Assembly (NCBI GenBank): GCA_902761605.1
Contig: CACWLC010000008.1
Location: forward strand, 45,956-109,955
Length of the DNA stretch: 64,000 bases
Direction of reading: 5' to 3'
From: an uncultured Prevotellaceae bacterium
GTDB taxonomy: Bacteria; Bacteroidota; Bacteroidia; Bacteroidales; Bacteroidaceae
Below the pieces are notes generated by a model. That model was not told the DNA's origin, searched no databases, and saw nothing but the letters and a program-made list of their open reading frames with translations. How positions within the stretch are numbered: the stretch's first letter is position 1; every line of letters begins with the position of its first letter. Positions 39,156 to 50,151 of the stretch are shown piece after piece. Both the position numbers and the translations under genes were made by a program.

Positions 39156-40327
39156 TTTATTTCTGTTATTAGTGGATTCTTGATATTGTAAAGATAGTTA
39201 TTGGCGAGCAGCTGCCACTCAGTCATTGTCCTTACGTCGTAGCTACTCCAAGCCGAACCGAAGTAATAGGTATAGGGCTTGCCGCTGTATTGGCGTAAGA
39301 TGCCTAAGCCATGGTTCTTGTTGCCTTTCAGTATCTTGGTCTCGTCGATACCATTGGGGAACAAAGCACCAACGTATATCTGTGACTGATGTACTTTGGG
39401 GTTGTCGGTTGGATCGGCATAGAGTACATAATCATGCCCCAGCAAAGACTGTCCTTCGCCGTTCAGCACTATACCTGACGCCCAATCTGTAGGCTGCTTT
39501 ATGCCTTCGTACCATACTGTCATCTTATTGTAATGCGAACCACGGTCAAGACTGATCAAGCGATGCTCCGTGACGCCGTCAGCGTTAGGATGATAAGTGA
39601 GCTCTACGGTGAAACGTAGCGGTCCGTTGTCGAGTACCTTGTAGTCCTTGAAACAATAAGGATAAATCAGCTCTCCGTTTTTCATCAGTGCAGGAGCGCC
39701 ACATCCCAGACTGGGACCTACGGAATAACAGTCGAGACCGAAGCCGTGGTCGTGATGGAACGATGTAGCCAGATATATCTCGCTACTCTCTTTGGGCTTG
39801 CCAGCTCTCTTCAGCGAGTCTCTCTGCCCCACACCCCACATGTGCATCTTATAGCGCTCTTCGACTACGAGGTCGGGGATGTTCTTTACCCATACGTCGG
39901 TACCAAACGATTGTTCACCGCTACGCTGCAGGGCAGGGCCGTAAACGCGATAAATGCCGAGATCGTTCTCCCATGTAATATCGTCGGCACGCTCTGGATA
40001 GAGCTTGCCGGACACATAGCATTTAAATCCGGTAGGCTTCCCTTGGGTGATGGTAAACACAGCCTTGCTATGCGGCTGAACCGACACATACATCAGCAGT
40101 TTGCCATCGTACGACTTCTGGTACGGCTGCTCCTGTCCGAAAGCGTTCCTGACAATCAATAGTGTGGCGTTGGTAGTGCCAAGTTGCTTGTTGACTGCCT
40201 GCAAGTCGGCCTCTACCACCTCAATTCGTTGCTGATCACCGGAATTGGTCACGGTGAGCGTGACTTGCTGGGCGTTGGCACTCGCAAACAGCGCAGCCAG
40301 CCATAAGACAATTGACAATCTTCTCAT
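39152..40327 (-). CDS. DUF4861 family protein
   Basis: PERADDITWEND..YRVYGP, DCYSVGPSLG and YYFGSAWS motifs. Confidence 0.8.
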   Translation of the reverse strand: MRRLSIVLWLAALFASANAQQVTLTVTNSGDQQRIEVVEADLQAVNKQLGTTNATLLIVRNAFGQEQPYQKSYDGKLLMYVSVQPHSKAVFTITQGKPTGFKCYVSGKLYPERADDITWENDLGIYRVYGPALQRSGEQSFGTDVWVKNIPDLVVEERYKMHMWGVGQRDSLKRAGKPKESSEIYLATSFHHDHGFGLDCYSVGPSLGCGAPALMKNGELIYPYCFKDYKVLDNGPLRFTVELTYHPNADGVTEHRLISLDRGSHYNKMTVWYEGIKQPTDWASGIVLNGEGQSLLGHDYVLYADPTDNPKVHQSQIYVGALFPNGIDETKILKGNKNHGLGILRQYSGKPYTYYFGSAWSSYDVRTMTEWQLLANNYLYNIKNPLITEIK

Positions 40328-42084
40328 TTGATACTGTATTTGATATGTTGCCTGGTGTTGTTTGACTTTACTATGAGTGTGATGCGATACATCTTCTTGC
40401 CCCACATGCCTTGCAACAGCGGGTCGAGCAAGTTGCTGACATCCTCTATCGTTGCCTCTAACTGATTGGGGTTATAGCTTACGTGCTGAAGTGCATCGCT
40501 ACGGGTGGTCATCAGCATCAGGCGGCTGGGGGCGACGTATTGGCTGAGTTCATAGTCTTCGGTAACGGTAACGCCCGACTTGTTTGCAGATACAGTCCGC
40601 TTCCACGATTTGACGGCAGCATCGGCAGGGTAGGCACCCGCAATGTCGAGGGTCAGCTGCCCGTCTTTGTGGTTCACGACCTTGGCAGAGAAATCCTTGC
40701 CGTCTTTCTGGTCTACGCCATTAATCTGCGGGAGGTTGTGATAGCCCGACTGCATGGTCCATATCTCATAGCGGCTGTTGCTGAAGGTCTTGGCAGTATA
40801 TTCGCCAACGCCGGGATCGATGAAGAGAGGCTCGCCATCCATATAAACGATGAATGAGCCAACGTCGTTGTGATTATGGCTCTCGCCGTTATGTCCGCCT
40901 TTAATGGCTACGAAAGTGTTTCCTCGTCGTGCCGTCATGATTTGCAGGTTGGGCAGCCACACATCCTTTAATAATGGCTCCTGTGGCTTCTCTGCTATGA
41001 AATCTCGGATATGGCGCAAGAAGAACAACTCGCGACCCAAAGTGGGGAAGTTGCCGCTCTTATCGTAGAGTTTTGCCGGCTGCGTTAACACCTGCTTACT
41101 CCTTCCCAGATAGGCCCCAAACTCCCGCATGGTCTTATCGCCCAGCCATAGTCCGAAGGGATAGACGATATTTACCTGTTGCACAGCCTTGTTCTCGTGT
41201 GCATCAGCAAAGTTCACACAGTAGTCATTACCTATATAAGTCCGATAAGCATAAGCTGCCATATTCCTTATCTTTCCTGAGTAATCATAATTACTAATTA
41301 CTAATTTCTCATTACTAATTACTAATAGTCTCAATACCTCGAACATCGATGCAGCAGCCCTGTCCCAATATCCAGGTCCCTCGTCGCAACCGCCATCCTC
41401 GGGATAGGCATCGATGAAGGTCCGGGTGGCTTTCTCTATTTGGGCGATAGCCTCGGCTTTGCGCGACTCATCTTTCTCGCAGATGAGCACACAGGTCAGC
41501 CAGTTGCTGCATATCCACGGATTCCAGTTCATGCCTGCCGTCTTCCACCAGTAGTCTTTGGCCAGTGCCGGCTTCAGTATACGGTGCTCTATCTCGCGGT
41601 CTATGCGTTTGCAGAGGTCGGGCGAGAAAGCGTCGAACTGTTTCTCGAGCATATATCTGGTCCAAACAATCAGACTTGCTGTCTCAGCATTGAAGAGGTC
41701 TACCTCCTGGCTCTCCTGCAAGGGTATGCGTTTGCCGTAGTGGGCAGGTATGCCCCACCATGTCTCTTCGCAAAAGCTACCAATGCCGTCGATGATGCTA
41801 TTCAGGAATCGTCCCCTACCCTCCATAATCTCAGCCATCACGAGGGCTGCCAGATGGCGACGCTTCTCAAAACAGATGGCTTCATAGTTCACCCGGTTGC
41901 CCGTTATCTTGTTCTCGGCAAAAACAGTCCAGGGCAAAGCAGTCCATGCCTTATCCTGATACTGTTCACCATATTCTATATAGCTCTGCTTCATCTCCTG
42001 CGGGATGGAGTCACGCCAGAAGGCATCGTCAGCCTGTGGCAACAGACTGGTTATACTCAGGGCTATCGTCAGCAGCAGACTCAT
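40324..42084 (-). CDS. Heparinase II/III family protein
   Basis: NWNPW, DGGCDEGPGYW, HNHNDVGSF and IDPGVGEY motifs. Confidence 0.85.
   Translation of the reverse strand: MSLLLTIALSITSLLPQADDAFWRDSIPQEMKQSYIEYGEQYQDKAWTALPWTVFAENKITGNRVNYEAICFEKRRHLAALVMAEIMEGRGRFLNSIIDGIGSFCEETWWGIPAHYGKRIPLQESQEVDLFNAETASLIVWTRYMLEKQFDAFSPDLCKRIDREIEHRILKPALAKDYWWKTAGMNWNPWICSNWLTCVLICEKDESRKAEAIAQIEKATRTFIDAYPEDGGCDEGPGYWDRAAASMFEVLRLLVISNEKLVISNYDYSGKIRNMAAYAYRTYIGNDYCVNFADAHENKAVQQVNIVYPFGLWLGDKTMREFGAYLGRSKQVLTQPAKLYDKSGNFPTLGRELFFLRHIRDFIAEKPQEPLLKDVWLPNLQIMTARRGNTFVAIKGGHNGESHNHNDVGSFIVYMDGEPLFIDPGVGEYTAKTFSNSRYEIWTMQSGYHNLPQINGVDQKDGKDFSAKVVNHKDGQLTLDIAGAYPADAAVKSWKRTVSANKSGVTVTEDYELSQYVAPSRLMLMTTRSDALQHVSYNPNQLEATIEDVSNLLDPLLQGMWGKKMYRITLIVKSNNTRQHIKYSIK
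41291..41325. repeat. Heptamer tandem repeat (TTACTAA) inside the heparinase gene
   Basis: TTACTAA TTACTAA TTTCTCA TTACTAA TTACTAA, read as LVISNEKLVISN. Confidence 0.8.
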
Positions 42085-43196
42085 CGGCTAATATATCTTA
42101 CGTATTCACACGCTGCCAGCAGGAATGCTCCGACACCGAAGTTCTGCTGAGAGTCGGCATTGATGACCTGTCCGGGGATGGCACGGTCGCCGATGGGCTG
42201 GACATACCCCACCTTACCGTCCTTCTGCAAGGCGATAGTGGTCAGGTAGTTCCATGCCTTCGCGATGACAGGGGCAAACTCCTTCTTTGGCAGATAGCCG
42301 TTGTTCACGCCCCAGAGCAGTCCGTAGCAGAAGAATGCCGTGCCTGAAGTCTCGTAGCCGGGAGCCTGACGTGGGTCGAGCATCGAACGGGTCCAGTGAC
42401 CTTGTGGCTGCTGACACTTTGCCACGCCACGGGCAAGGTTCTGGAACTTCTCCACGAAGAACGGGTGACGAACATAGTCGGCAGGCATGTCCTGGAGCAC
42501 CTTGGCCAGTCCGGCAAGTACCCATCCGTCGCCACGTGCCCAGAAGTCTTTCTTTCCCGCCTCGGTCGTGTGTTTAGGATACACATATCGTCCGTCGCGG
42601 TAGTAGAGGCCTGTCTCACGGTCGAGCATGATACTGTCGCTATAGAGGATGTTCTCATAGAGCTTGCGCAGATACTTCGTGTCGCCTGTCAGACGGTACA
42701 TCTTAGTCATCACAGGCATCACCATATAGAGGGCATCGGCCCACCACCAATAGTCGTTTGCCTTAGAGTCGGCCTCATAGCACATAACCTCTTTGGCACG
42801 AGCCACCTTCGTCTCGTCGGCTTGTAAGTTATACAAGTCGATAAATGTCTGGAAGCAGATCTGCCAGTCGCCGAAGAGCACGTAATCCTGCCCCTCACCG
42901 TAGGTCTTGTATTTCCATTTGGCGGGATCGCCCTCCGTAGCTCCCTTCCACTGGTTGTGTTCTGCCCAGCGGATGCTGTAGTCGAGCATCTGCTGGTCGC
43001 CAAGGAGTTTATATACCTCCATATTGCCCGTGTGATAGGCTGCATTGTCCCAGAACGACCGCACCTCGGCGGGATTGTTTGTCTGCCAGTAGGTATTCAC
43101 CTTTTTTATGACGCTTTTCACCTCGTCAGCCGTCCACTGCCTGGCTTCTACTGCCATAGATGCTAACAGGCAAACGACAAAAATAACTCTTCTCAT
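42081..43196 (-). CDS. GH105/GH88 unsaturated glycuronyl hydrolase
   Basis: WWWADALYM, FWARGDGW and ETSGTA motifs. Confidence 0.9.
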   Translation of the reverse strand: MRRVIFVVCLLASMAVEARQWTADEVKSVIKKVNTYWQTNNPAEVRSFWDNAAYHTGNMEVYKLLGDQQMLDYSIRWAEHNQWKGATEGDPAKWKYKTYGEGQDYVLFGDWQICFQTFIDLYNLQADETKVARAKEVMCYEADSKANDYWWWADALYMVMPVMTKMYRLTGDTKYLRKLYENILYSDSIMLDRETGLYYRDGRYVYPKHTTEAGKKDFWARGDGWVLAGLAKVLQDMPADYVRHPFFVEKFQNLARGVAKCQQPQGHWTRSMLDPRQAPGYETSGTAFFCYGLLWGVNNGYLPKKEFAPVIAKAWNYLTTIALQKDGKVGYVQPIGDRAIPGQVINADSQQNFGVGAFLLAACEYVRYISR

Positions 43197-43274
43197 AATC
43201 CAGTAGTTTTTAAGTTTTCTGCAAAGATACAATGTTTTCTTTAATAAGATAGTACATATTCTGTTAATTCTTAT

Positions 43275-43310
43275 AAAATGGGGCAGCCTACATCCCATAG
43301 ACCGCCCCAT
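43275..43310 (-). terminator. Intrinsic terminator (minus strand)
   Basis: ATGGGGCGGTCTA TGGGATG TAGGCTGCCCCAT TTT; G-U pairs fix the minus orientation. Confidence 0.75.
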
Positions 43311-43341
43311 CACTAAGTACTAACATACATCTACTAACTAA

Positions 43342-44438
43342 CAATAGTTCGGTAAAAATATAGTTAAATTCATTAACATTCAAGATAAATCTCAAATGCA
43401 AAAGTTTAAATTTGTATTACATATTATTAACTAATAAAATTTGGCTAATTGCCTGATTATTAGTAATTTTACGGTTAATTTCCACGTCAATCGTAATATT
43501 AAAAATGACAGACATTATTAGCCAAATGGGAAGCCTCGCAGAAGCATTTCTGTCAAAGCATGCCGCAAAGTTAAGCAAAAGTTTTAAAACTCGGTTCATT
43601 GAAACGTTAATTCTTTATGTCGTGATGCAAAAAACTAATTTCACTCAGCTTGCCACCTTCGGCAGCTATAACGAGAAGACCTATCCGCAACCACTTCGAG
43701 AAAGGCGGTGCAGACACGGTAGCGTTCAACCTCGGTATGGCCAAGGACTATTTCAAGGACAGCATCGGCATCAAGGCTCTGGCTATCGATCCGTGCTATA
43801 TCAGCAAGACAGGCAAGCACGCTCCTGGACTTGGACTCTTCTGGTCTGGCTCTGCCGGGCAAGCCAAATGGGGTCTTGAGATGCTCGGAGTGGGCATTGT
43901 GGACACCTTCTTCCATGAGTGCTTTATGCTTGGAGGATTCCATCTGCAGCAAGTCGCTCAAACAGAATGTCAAGGTTGTCATCTGGATTTCCAAGGACAA
44001 GAGCAAGCACAAGATATTCTTCTCCAACGACCTTACGCTTGCAGGTGTGGACATCATAAAAATCTGCAGATGCAGGTTCCTGGTAGAATTTGAATTCCGT
44101 AATGCAAAGGGCTTCGCCTCGCTCGAAAAGTGCCAGGCAAGGAGCACCAACAAACTCAGGACACACTTCAACATGTCCTTCACCTCCCTGAACTGCCTGA
44201 AGGTGGCTGCAAGGGAGAGTGGAATTCCTTATTCCATCAGCAATCTGAAGACTCTTGTGCATGGCCAATATCTCATGAATCGATTTATTTGCGTGTCTGG
44301 GATTTCCGCAGACAGCGATTTAATTACGAAGCTCAACAACGAGGTTTTCTCGCTGACCACAATGCAGATGGAGGCTGCGGCATGATTGGAGGGATGACCA
44401 AGTGTTAACATTTTAAGAATTTAATTACCGAAGTATTG
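43342..44438 (+). mobile_element. Degenerate DDE insertion sequence (IS701/IS4-like), frameshifted with internal deletion
   Basis: Terminal IRs CAATAGTTCGGTAA / TTACCGAAGTATTG (13/14); transposase pieces in three frames (IDPCYISKTGK..GLFWSG; RFLVEFEFRNAK..CQAR). Confidence 0.8.
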
Positions 44439-44697
44439 TTTTAATTATCATTGCCATATCGGACAACCCGATTTCCGTTGGCAAAGATAGAAAGTTATTC
44501 TGATACGCACAATAGCCCGTAACAAAAGAGTAGAGGGTTGCAACGAATATTTATGATTTCAGCAACCCTTACGACGTAGCGTGAAACAAAAACTATGGTT
44601 GGTGTAACAGAATGTTAGGGTAAGAGGTGAATGACAACGGAAAGATGATCACACAGAGGGGACAATCCTAGGTATAAGCACCGGCCCAACGATCCCC

Positions 44698-45819
44698 TTA
44701 TTTGCCAACCACCTTCCGCACACGTCCGTCTTTGGTGCGGATGATGTTCATTCCCTTCTGAAGAGTGGGCAGACACCGGCCGTCGAGTGCAAACACCTCG
44801 GAAGCTGAGTCACACTCCATACTGCGGATGCCAGATGACGAATCACCGACGATACTGAAAGTTGCAGAAACAGGGAAATGATCGCCCATCGGTGTACCGT
44901 CGTCGTAGGTATAGTCAGTCTCCAGACGGTAGGCTTCCAGTTTCAGGCGGAGCCCGCCGACAGGGTTGATGTAAAGGATCTTGTCAAGCACCTCGCCGTT
45001 GTCGTAAGCCAAATGACGGTCACCTGTCCCCACTGCCGGATATTGTCCGTTCAATTCATGTTCCACCCAGGTGTCGGACACCTGATGACTGCCCGTGGCA
45101 TTGATAGGGTCGATGAATAGCGCCTGGATGCTGTCGCGGGGATAAAGACTGTTCATGTCGCCCATTAGAATAACGGGACGCTCATCGAGACGAGGCAGCA
45201 CATAGTCGCGCAACTGCCTCCACTGGCTGCGACGGGCGTCAATATCGCCCTGGTCGTTGCCCGAAGCCTCGTCGGCATCAGTACTGGCATCCATGTGCAT
45301 GTTGTAGACCACGATGCGCTGCCCTCCCAAGAGGGTCATCTCACAGCGATGGAAGCCCTTCCTGACGATGGCATCCCAGCAGTGGTCGAACTTGCCATAG
45401 CTGTCGTACCAGGCTACGGCTTCCTCTTGCTCCACGACGTGCTGGCTACGCCAAAACACACGAAGCCCGTCGGTATCGAACCTGTCACCGAAGAGCACCT
45501 TCCAGATTTTCAGGAAACTGAGGTCGATGCCGCCCTGCCACTGTCCGCTGCAATACTCCGGCTCCAGGACAGAGCGCAATTCCTCATCGTAGTTGAAGTC
45601 CTCCTGCACACCGATAAGGTCATAGCCTTTACGAGCCAAAAACTGGCCGACACGAACGGTCTCGCCTCCAGGCCCGTCGGGATTAATATGTATATTGCCG
45701 ATATACGTGGGCAGCCCGTCTACGTTTAGTGAGGCCACCGTGAACACATCATCGCCCGCCATCGCATCCGACAGGCAAAGGCTTAGAACAAAAAGGCATA
45801 TCCAAGTTCTCTTCATCAT
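44698..45819 (-). CDS. Secreted endonuclease/exonuclease/phosphatase family protein with T9SS-type tail
   Basis: SLNVDGLP, VQEDF, NMHMD, MGDMN, LDKI and GDHFPV motifs; FALDGR...KGMNIIR tail. Confidence 0.85.
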   Translation of the reverse strand: MMKRTWICLFVLSLCLSDAMAGDDVFTVASLNVDGLPTYIGNIHINPDGPGGETVRVGQFLARKGYDLIGVQEDFNYDEELRSVLEPEYCSGQWQGGIDLSFLKIWKVLFGDRFDTDGLRVFWRSQHVVEQEEAVAWYDSYGKFDHCWDAIVRKGFHRCEMTLLGGQRIVVYNMHMDASTDADEASGNDQGDIDARRSQWRQLRDYVLPRLDERPVILMGDMNSLYPRDSIQALFIDPINATGSHQVSDTWVEHELNGQYPAVGTGDRHLAYDNGEVLDKILYINPVGGLRLKLEAYRLETDYTYDDGTPMGDHFPVSATFSIVGDSSSGIRSMECDSASEVFALDGRCLPTLQKGMNIIRTKDGRVRKVVGK

Positions 45820-45970
45820 ACATCGATTTCTGGTTGCAAAGTTACGAAAAAAGCTTGTAACAAACGAGGGATTTAGGAATAATAGCACTTTCTAGCCATT
45901 TTGTTTTTCACTTTTGATTATTTTTCGTAACTTTGCAGCAGTAAAATAATAACAACAAAACATTACGACA

Positions 45971-46435
45971 ATGAAAAAGTTAATGCAATGGGTGCTTGCC
46001 GCCACCCTCGTTTGCGGCACAATGGCTGTCACTACAGCATGTAAAGAAGCAAAAGCAGATAACCCTGCCGAGAAAGTGCAGAGCACCGAGCTTATCCGCA
46101 CCAGCCAGAGTTGGGATGGTGTTGAATTGCCCGACTATCTGCAGGGACGTCCAGAACTCGTAGCCGTGAAATACGTCTTCCCTGTAGGCCAGAAGCTTGG
46201 CTGGCACCACCACCCTGTGATGAACTACGGTGTGCTGATGCAGGGCGAGCTGACAATCATCGGTCAGGACGGCAAGAAGAAAGTGGTGCATGAGGGCGAG
46301 CCCGTAGTTGAGATGGTAAACACCATCCATCACGGTGAGAACACCGGTGACAAACCCGTCATCCTCTACATGTTCTACCTCTCTCAGAAGGATATGCCTC
46401 TGGCTGTACAGCATCCTGAGATTCCTCTAGAATAG
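45971..46435 (+). CDS. Cupin domain lipoprotein
   Basis: WHHHP..GEL and HHGENTG motifs; TTAC lipobox. Confidence 0.85.
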   Translation: MKKLMQWVLAATLVCGTMAVTTACKEAKADNPAEKVQSTELIRTSQSWDGVELPDYLQGRPELVAVKYVFPVGQKLGWHHHPVMNYGVLMQGELTIIGQDGKKKVVHEGEPVVEMVNTIHHGENTGDKPVILYMFYLSQKDMPLAVQHPEIPLE

Positions 46436-46457
46436 TCCAGGTTCAGAAGCTCTACCC

Positions 46458-46504
46458 TAACACTAGAGGTGGTTTAGTATGATACTAAAGCACCTCTAGT
46501 GTTA
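46458..46504. repeat. 47-bp near-perfect palindrome
   Basis: TAACACTAGAGGTGGTTTAGTAT-G-ATACTAAAGCACCTCTAGTGTTA, 22/23 arm match. Confidence 0.8.
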
Positions 46505-46641
46505 TACTAAACCGGACTTACATATTCTTACCTTTAACTCAGCCAAAAGTACTTACGTTCGAGAAAACTCAATTTTTTTTTGGTTTTCTACTCACTTATT
46601 CGTACCTTTGCACCCAAATTCAAAAAATACGTATTTAAGGA

Positions 46642-48708
46642 ATGGAAAACAAGACTTTTAAGCGTACGACGGTGACGTCGGCGCTACCATACGCTAATGG
46701 CGGCGTACATATCGGACACCTGGCTGGTGTATATGTACCTGCTGATATCTATGTGCGTTATCTTCGCTTGAAGAAGCGCGAGGTATTGTTTATCGGAGGT
46801 AGTGATGAGCATGGTGTGCCCATCACAGTTCGTGCCCGTAAGGAGGGTATCACTCCACAGGATGTAGTAGACCGCTATCATAAGATGATAAAGGACTCGT
46901 TCGAGGAGTTCGGAATATCGTTTGATATTTATTCAAGAACCACCTCTGAGACTCACCATAAGTTTGCTGCAGAGTGGTTTAAGAAGCTCTATGACGAGGG
47001 TAAGCTGACTGAGGAAACAACAGAGCAGCTTTACGACGAGGAGGCTAAGCAGTTCCTGGCTGACCGCTATGTAACTGGTGAGTGCCCACATTGCCATAAC
47101 GAGGGAGCCTATGGCGACCAGTGTGAGAAGTGCGGACGCGACCTCTCGCCAACAGAGTTGATCAATCCAAAGTCAACTATCAGTGGTTCTACTCCAGTAT
47201 TGAAGAAGACCAAGAACTGGTATCTGCCTCTGAACGAGTATCAGGAGTGGTTGAAGAAGTGGATTCTTGAGGAGCACAAAGAGTGGCGTCCTAATGTTTA
47301 CGGACAGTGTAAGAGTTGGCTCGATATGGACCTGCAGCCTCGTGCTATGACTCGCGACTTGGATTGGGGTATCCCTGTGCCTGTAAAGGATGCAGAGGGA
47401 AAAGTACTCTATGTATGGTTTGATGCGCCTATCGGATACGTATCAAACACCAAGGAGCTCTGCGAGAAAGAGCCAGAGAAGTGGGGCTCATGGGAGAAAT
47501 GGTGGCAGGATGAGGATACTCGTCTGGTTCACTTTATTGGTAAGGACAACATCGTGTTCCATTGCATCATCTTCCCAGTCATGATGAAGGCTCACGGCAA
47601 GTATATCATGCCTGACAACGTGCCTGCAAACGAGTTCCTGAACCTCGAGAACGATAAGATTTCTACCTCTCGTAACTGGGCTGTATGGCTCCACGAGTAT
47701 CTGGTAGATATGCCTGGCAAGCAGGATGTATTGCGCTATGTATTGACAGCCAATGCACCTGAGACCAAGGACAACAACTTTACTTGGAAGGACTTCCAGG
47801 ATCGCAATAACAACGAGCTGGTTGCTGTTTATGGCAACTTTGTGAATCGTGCCCTCCAATTGACTAAGAAGTACTGGAACGGCATTGTACCAGCTTGTGG
47901 CGAGCTTAACGATACTGATAAGCAGACTCTTACTGAATTCAAGGATGTCAAGACTAAGGTTGAGGCTCTGCTGGAGCAGTTCAAGTTCCGCGATGCTCAG
48001 TTCGAGGCCATGAATCTGGCTCGTATTGGAAACCGCTACATCACAGAGTGTGAGCCTTGGAAGGTTTGGAAGACTGATCCTAAGCGTTGTGAGACTATCC
48101 TGAACATCTGCTTGCAGTTGACAGCTAACCTCGCTATCGCCTTCGAGCCGTTCCTGCCGTTTAGCAGCAAGAAGCTCCGCAAGATGCTTAATATCGACTC
48201 ATTCGAGTGGGAGCAGCTGGGTTCTACAGACCTCCTGAAGGCTGGCCATCAGCTTGGCGAGCCTGCTCTGCTGTTCGAGAAGATTGAGGACGATGTTATC
48301 CAGAAGCAGCTCGACAAACTCGAGGCTACCAAGAAGGCCAACGAGGCTGCAGCATATAAGGCTGCTCCTATCAAGGATACAGTAAGCTTCGAGGAGTTCG
48401 AAAAGTTGGATATCCGTGTAGGTTTGGTTAAGGACTGTCAGAAGGTGAAGAAGAGTAAGAAGCTCCTGCAGTTTACTATCGACGATGGTTCTGGCACAGA
48501 CCGCACCATCTGCTCTGGTATAGCAGCCTTTTATGAGAACCCAGAGGAACTAATTGGCAAGCGCATCCTCTTCGTGGCGAACTTCGCTCCTCGCACCATG
48601 ATGGGCATCGAGAGTCAGGGTATGATCCTCTCAGCTGTCGATGCAGACGAGAGCCTCAGCGTGGTTACAACGACGAAAGACGTAAAACCTGGTAGTCAGG
48701 TAGGATAA
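46642..48708 (+). CDS. metG: Methionyl-tRNA synthetase
   Basis: [18 protein letters not shown] and C-terminal tRNA-binding domain. Confidence 0.97.
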   Translation: MENKTFKRTTVTSALPYANGGVHIGHLAGVYVPADIYVRYLRLKKREVLFIGGSDEHGVPITVRARKEGITPQDVVDRYHKMIKDSFEEFGISFDIYSRTTSETHHKFAAEWFKKLYDEGKLTEETTEQLYDEEAKQFLADRYVTGECPHCHNEGAYGDQCEKCGRDLSPTELINPKSTISGSTPVLKKTKNWYLPLNEYQEWLKKWILEEHKEWRPNVYGQCKSWLDMDLQPRAMTRDLDWGIPVPVKDAEGKVLYVWFDAPIGYVSNTKELCEKEPEKWGSWEKWWQDEDTRLVHFIGKDNIVFHCIIFPVMMKAHGKYIMPDNVPANEFLNLENDKISTSRNWAVWLHEYLVDMPGKQDVLRYVLTANAPETKDNNFTWKDFQDRNNNELVAVYGNFVNRALQLTKKYWNGIVPACGELNDTDKQTLTEFKDVKTKVEALLEQFKFRDAQFEAMNLARIGNRYITECEPWKVWKTDPKRCETILNICLQLTANLAIAFEPFLPFSSKKLRKMLNIDSFEWEQLGSTDLLKAGHQLGEPALLFEKIEDDVIQKQLDKLEATKKANEAAAYKAAPIKDTVSFEEFEKLDIRVGLVKDCQKVKKSKKLLQFTIDDGSGTDRTICSGIAAFYENPEELIGKRILFVANFAPRTMMGIESQGMILSAVDADESLSVVTTTKDVKPGSQVG

Positions 48709-50148
48709 ATGGAATCTCTGAAGGAGAAGACGGCAAAGGGTCTCTTCTGGGGCGGAATGAACAATGGCGTACAGCAATTGCTCGGACTGGCTTTTGGAAT
48801 AATCCTTGGTCGTCTTCTCGATCCTTCAGACTATGGAATGACGGCAATGCTTGCCGTCTTTTCTGTTATAGCCAATGAGCTTCAGTCGAGTGGTTTCAAG
48901 ACGGGACTGATCAATCTGAAGTCACCCACCCACAACGACTACAATGCGGTCTTCTGGTTCAATATCTTGGCTGGTGCGGCGATCTACGTTATTTTATGGT
49001 TCTCTGCTCCGCTGATAGCCGAGTATTACAATCAGCCCAAGCTCATCTCCCTTAGCCGATATGTGTTCCTGGGTTTCGTATTCTCAAGTTTCGGTATGGC
49101 CCAGTCAGCATATATGACCAAACAGATGCAGATAAAGCAGATAGCCCAATGTGGTATGACAGCTACGCTGACATCGAGCATAGTAAGCGTTATCCTTGCA
49201 GCATTAGGATTCGGATACTGGGCACTTGCTACACAATACCTAATGTATATCGCTGTTAACACACTGTTATTATGGTATTTCAGCCCATGGCGACCTACTT
49301 TTAAGATAACATTCGAACCAATAAGGAGGTTGTTTCCGTTTAGTTTTAGAATCATGCTATCTGCCATATTCACGCAAATGAACAACAACATAATGAATCT
49401 GTTGCTGGGACGTTACTATGGTGATACTAACACGGGGCACTATAATAAGGCATACGAATGGAGCTCAAAATGTTTCCTGCTTGTTGGGAATATGATGCGA
49501 CAGGTGGATCAGACGGTGCTTGTAGGCCTGCATGATGAGAAGGAACGCCAACTTATGGTACTCCGTAAGATGATGCGATTTACAGCCTTTATCTCTTTCC
49601 CTCTGCTTTTCGGCCTCGGACTGGTATCCCAAGAGTTTATTGTTTTGGCAATAGGAGAAAAATGGGCTTTCTCTGCATCGCTCCTGCCATACCTCTGTCT
49701 GTGCGGAGCCTTTATGCCACTCTCTACACTTCTTACCGATGCCATCATTAGTCAGCACAGAAGTGATATCTACCTTTGGAGTACCATTGCCTTAGGCATT
49801 TTGCAGATAGGACTTATGATCAGTCTCTGGCGCAAAGGTATCTATACTATGGTAATAGCATATACCGTATTGAATATCCTTTGGATGTTCGTATGGCATT
49901 TCTTTGTACATCGTCTGATGAGATACAATCTTCTGGATTTCATCAAAGACATCGTGCCCTTTGCACTTGCCGCAACAGCAGTGATGGCGGTGACAGGTTT
50001 TGTTACCGACAGCTTTGATAATCTCTGGTTAAGACTTATCAGCCGATTTGTCATTGCCGTCATATTGTACTATGCTGTTATGCGTATCTCAGGAGCAGTC
50101 ATCCTGAAAGAGTGCATAGCATTCATCACAAAGAAAAAGTCTGCTTAA
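48709..50148 (+). CDS. Polysaccharide flippase (Wzx-like)
   Basis: SLKEKTAKGLFW, LGRLLDPSDYG; multi-TM. Confidence 0.88.
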   Translation: MESLKEKTAKGLFWGGMNNGVQQLLGLAFGIILGRLLDPSDYGMTAMLAVFSVIANELQSSGFKTGLINLKSPTHNDYNAVFWFNILAGAAIYVILWFSAPLIAEYYNQPKLISLSRYVFLGFVFSSFGMAQSAYMTKQMQIKQIAQCGMTATLTSSIVSVILAALGFGYWALATQYLMYIAVNTLLLWYFSPWRPTFKITFEPIRRLFPFSFRIMLSAIFTQMNNNIMNLLLGRYYGDTNTGHYNKAYEWSSKCFLLVGNMMRQVDQTVLVGLHDEKERQLMVLRKMMRFTAFISFPLLFGLGLVSQEFIVLAIGEKWAFSASLLPYLCLCGAFMPLSTLLTDAIISQHRSDIYLWSTIALGILQIGLMISLWRKGIYTMVIAYTVLNILWMFVWHFFVHRLMRYNLLDFIKDIVPFALAATAVMAVTGFVTDSFDNLWLRLISRFVIAVILYYAVMRISGAVILKECIAFITKKKSA

Positions 50149-50151
50149 GTT

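Noticed and set aside
10218..44120. Other GCGAAGC/GCTTCGC heptamers (about 10217, 16983, 44111)
   Set aside because: No flanking similarity to the 30-bp element
43505..44385. Programmed frameshift giving an active transposase
   Set aside because: The central catalytic region appears deleted and the element is only about 1.1 kb, so decay is more likely
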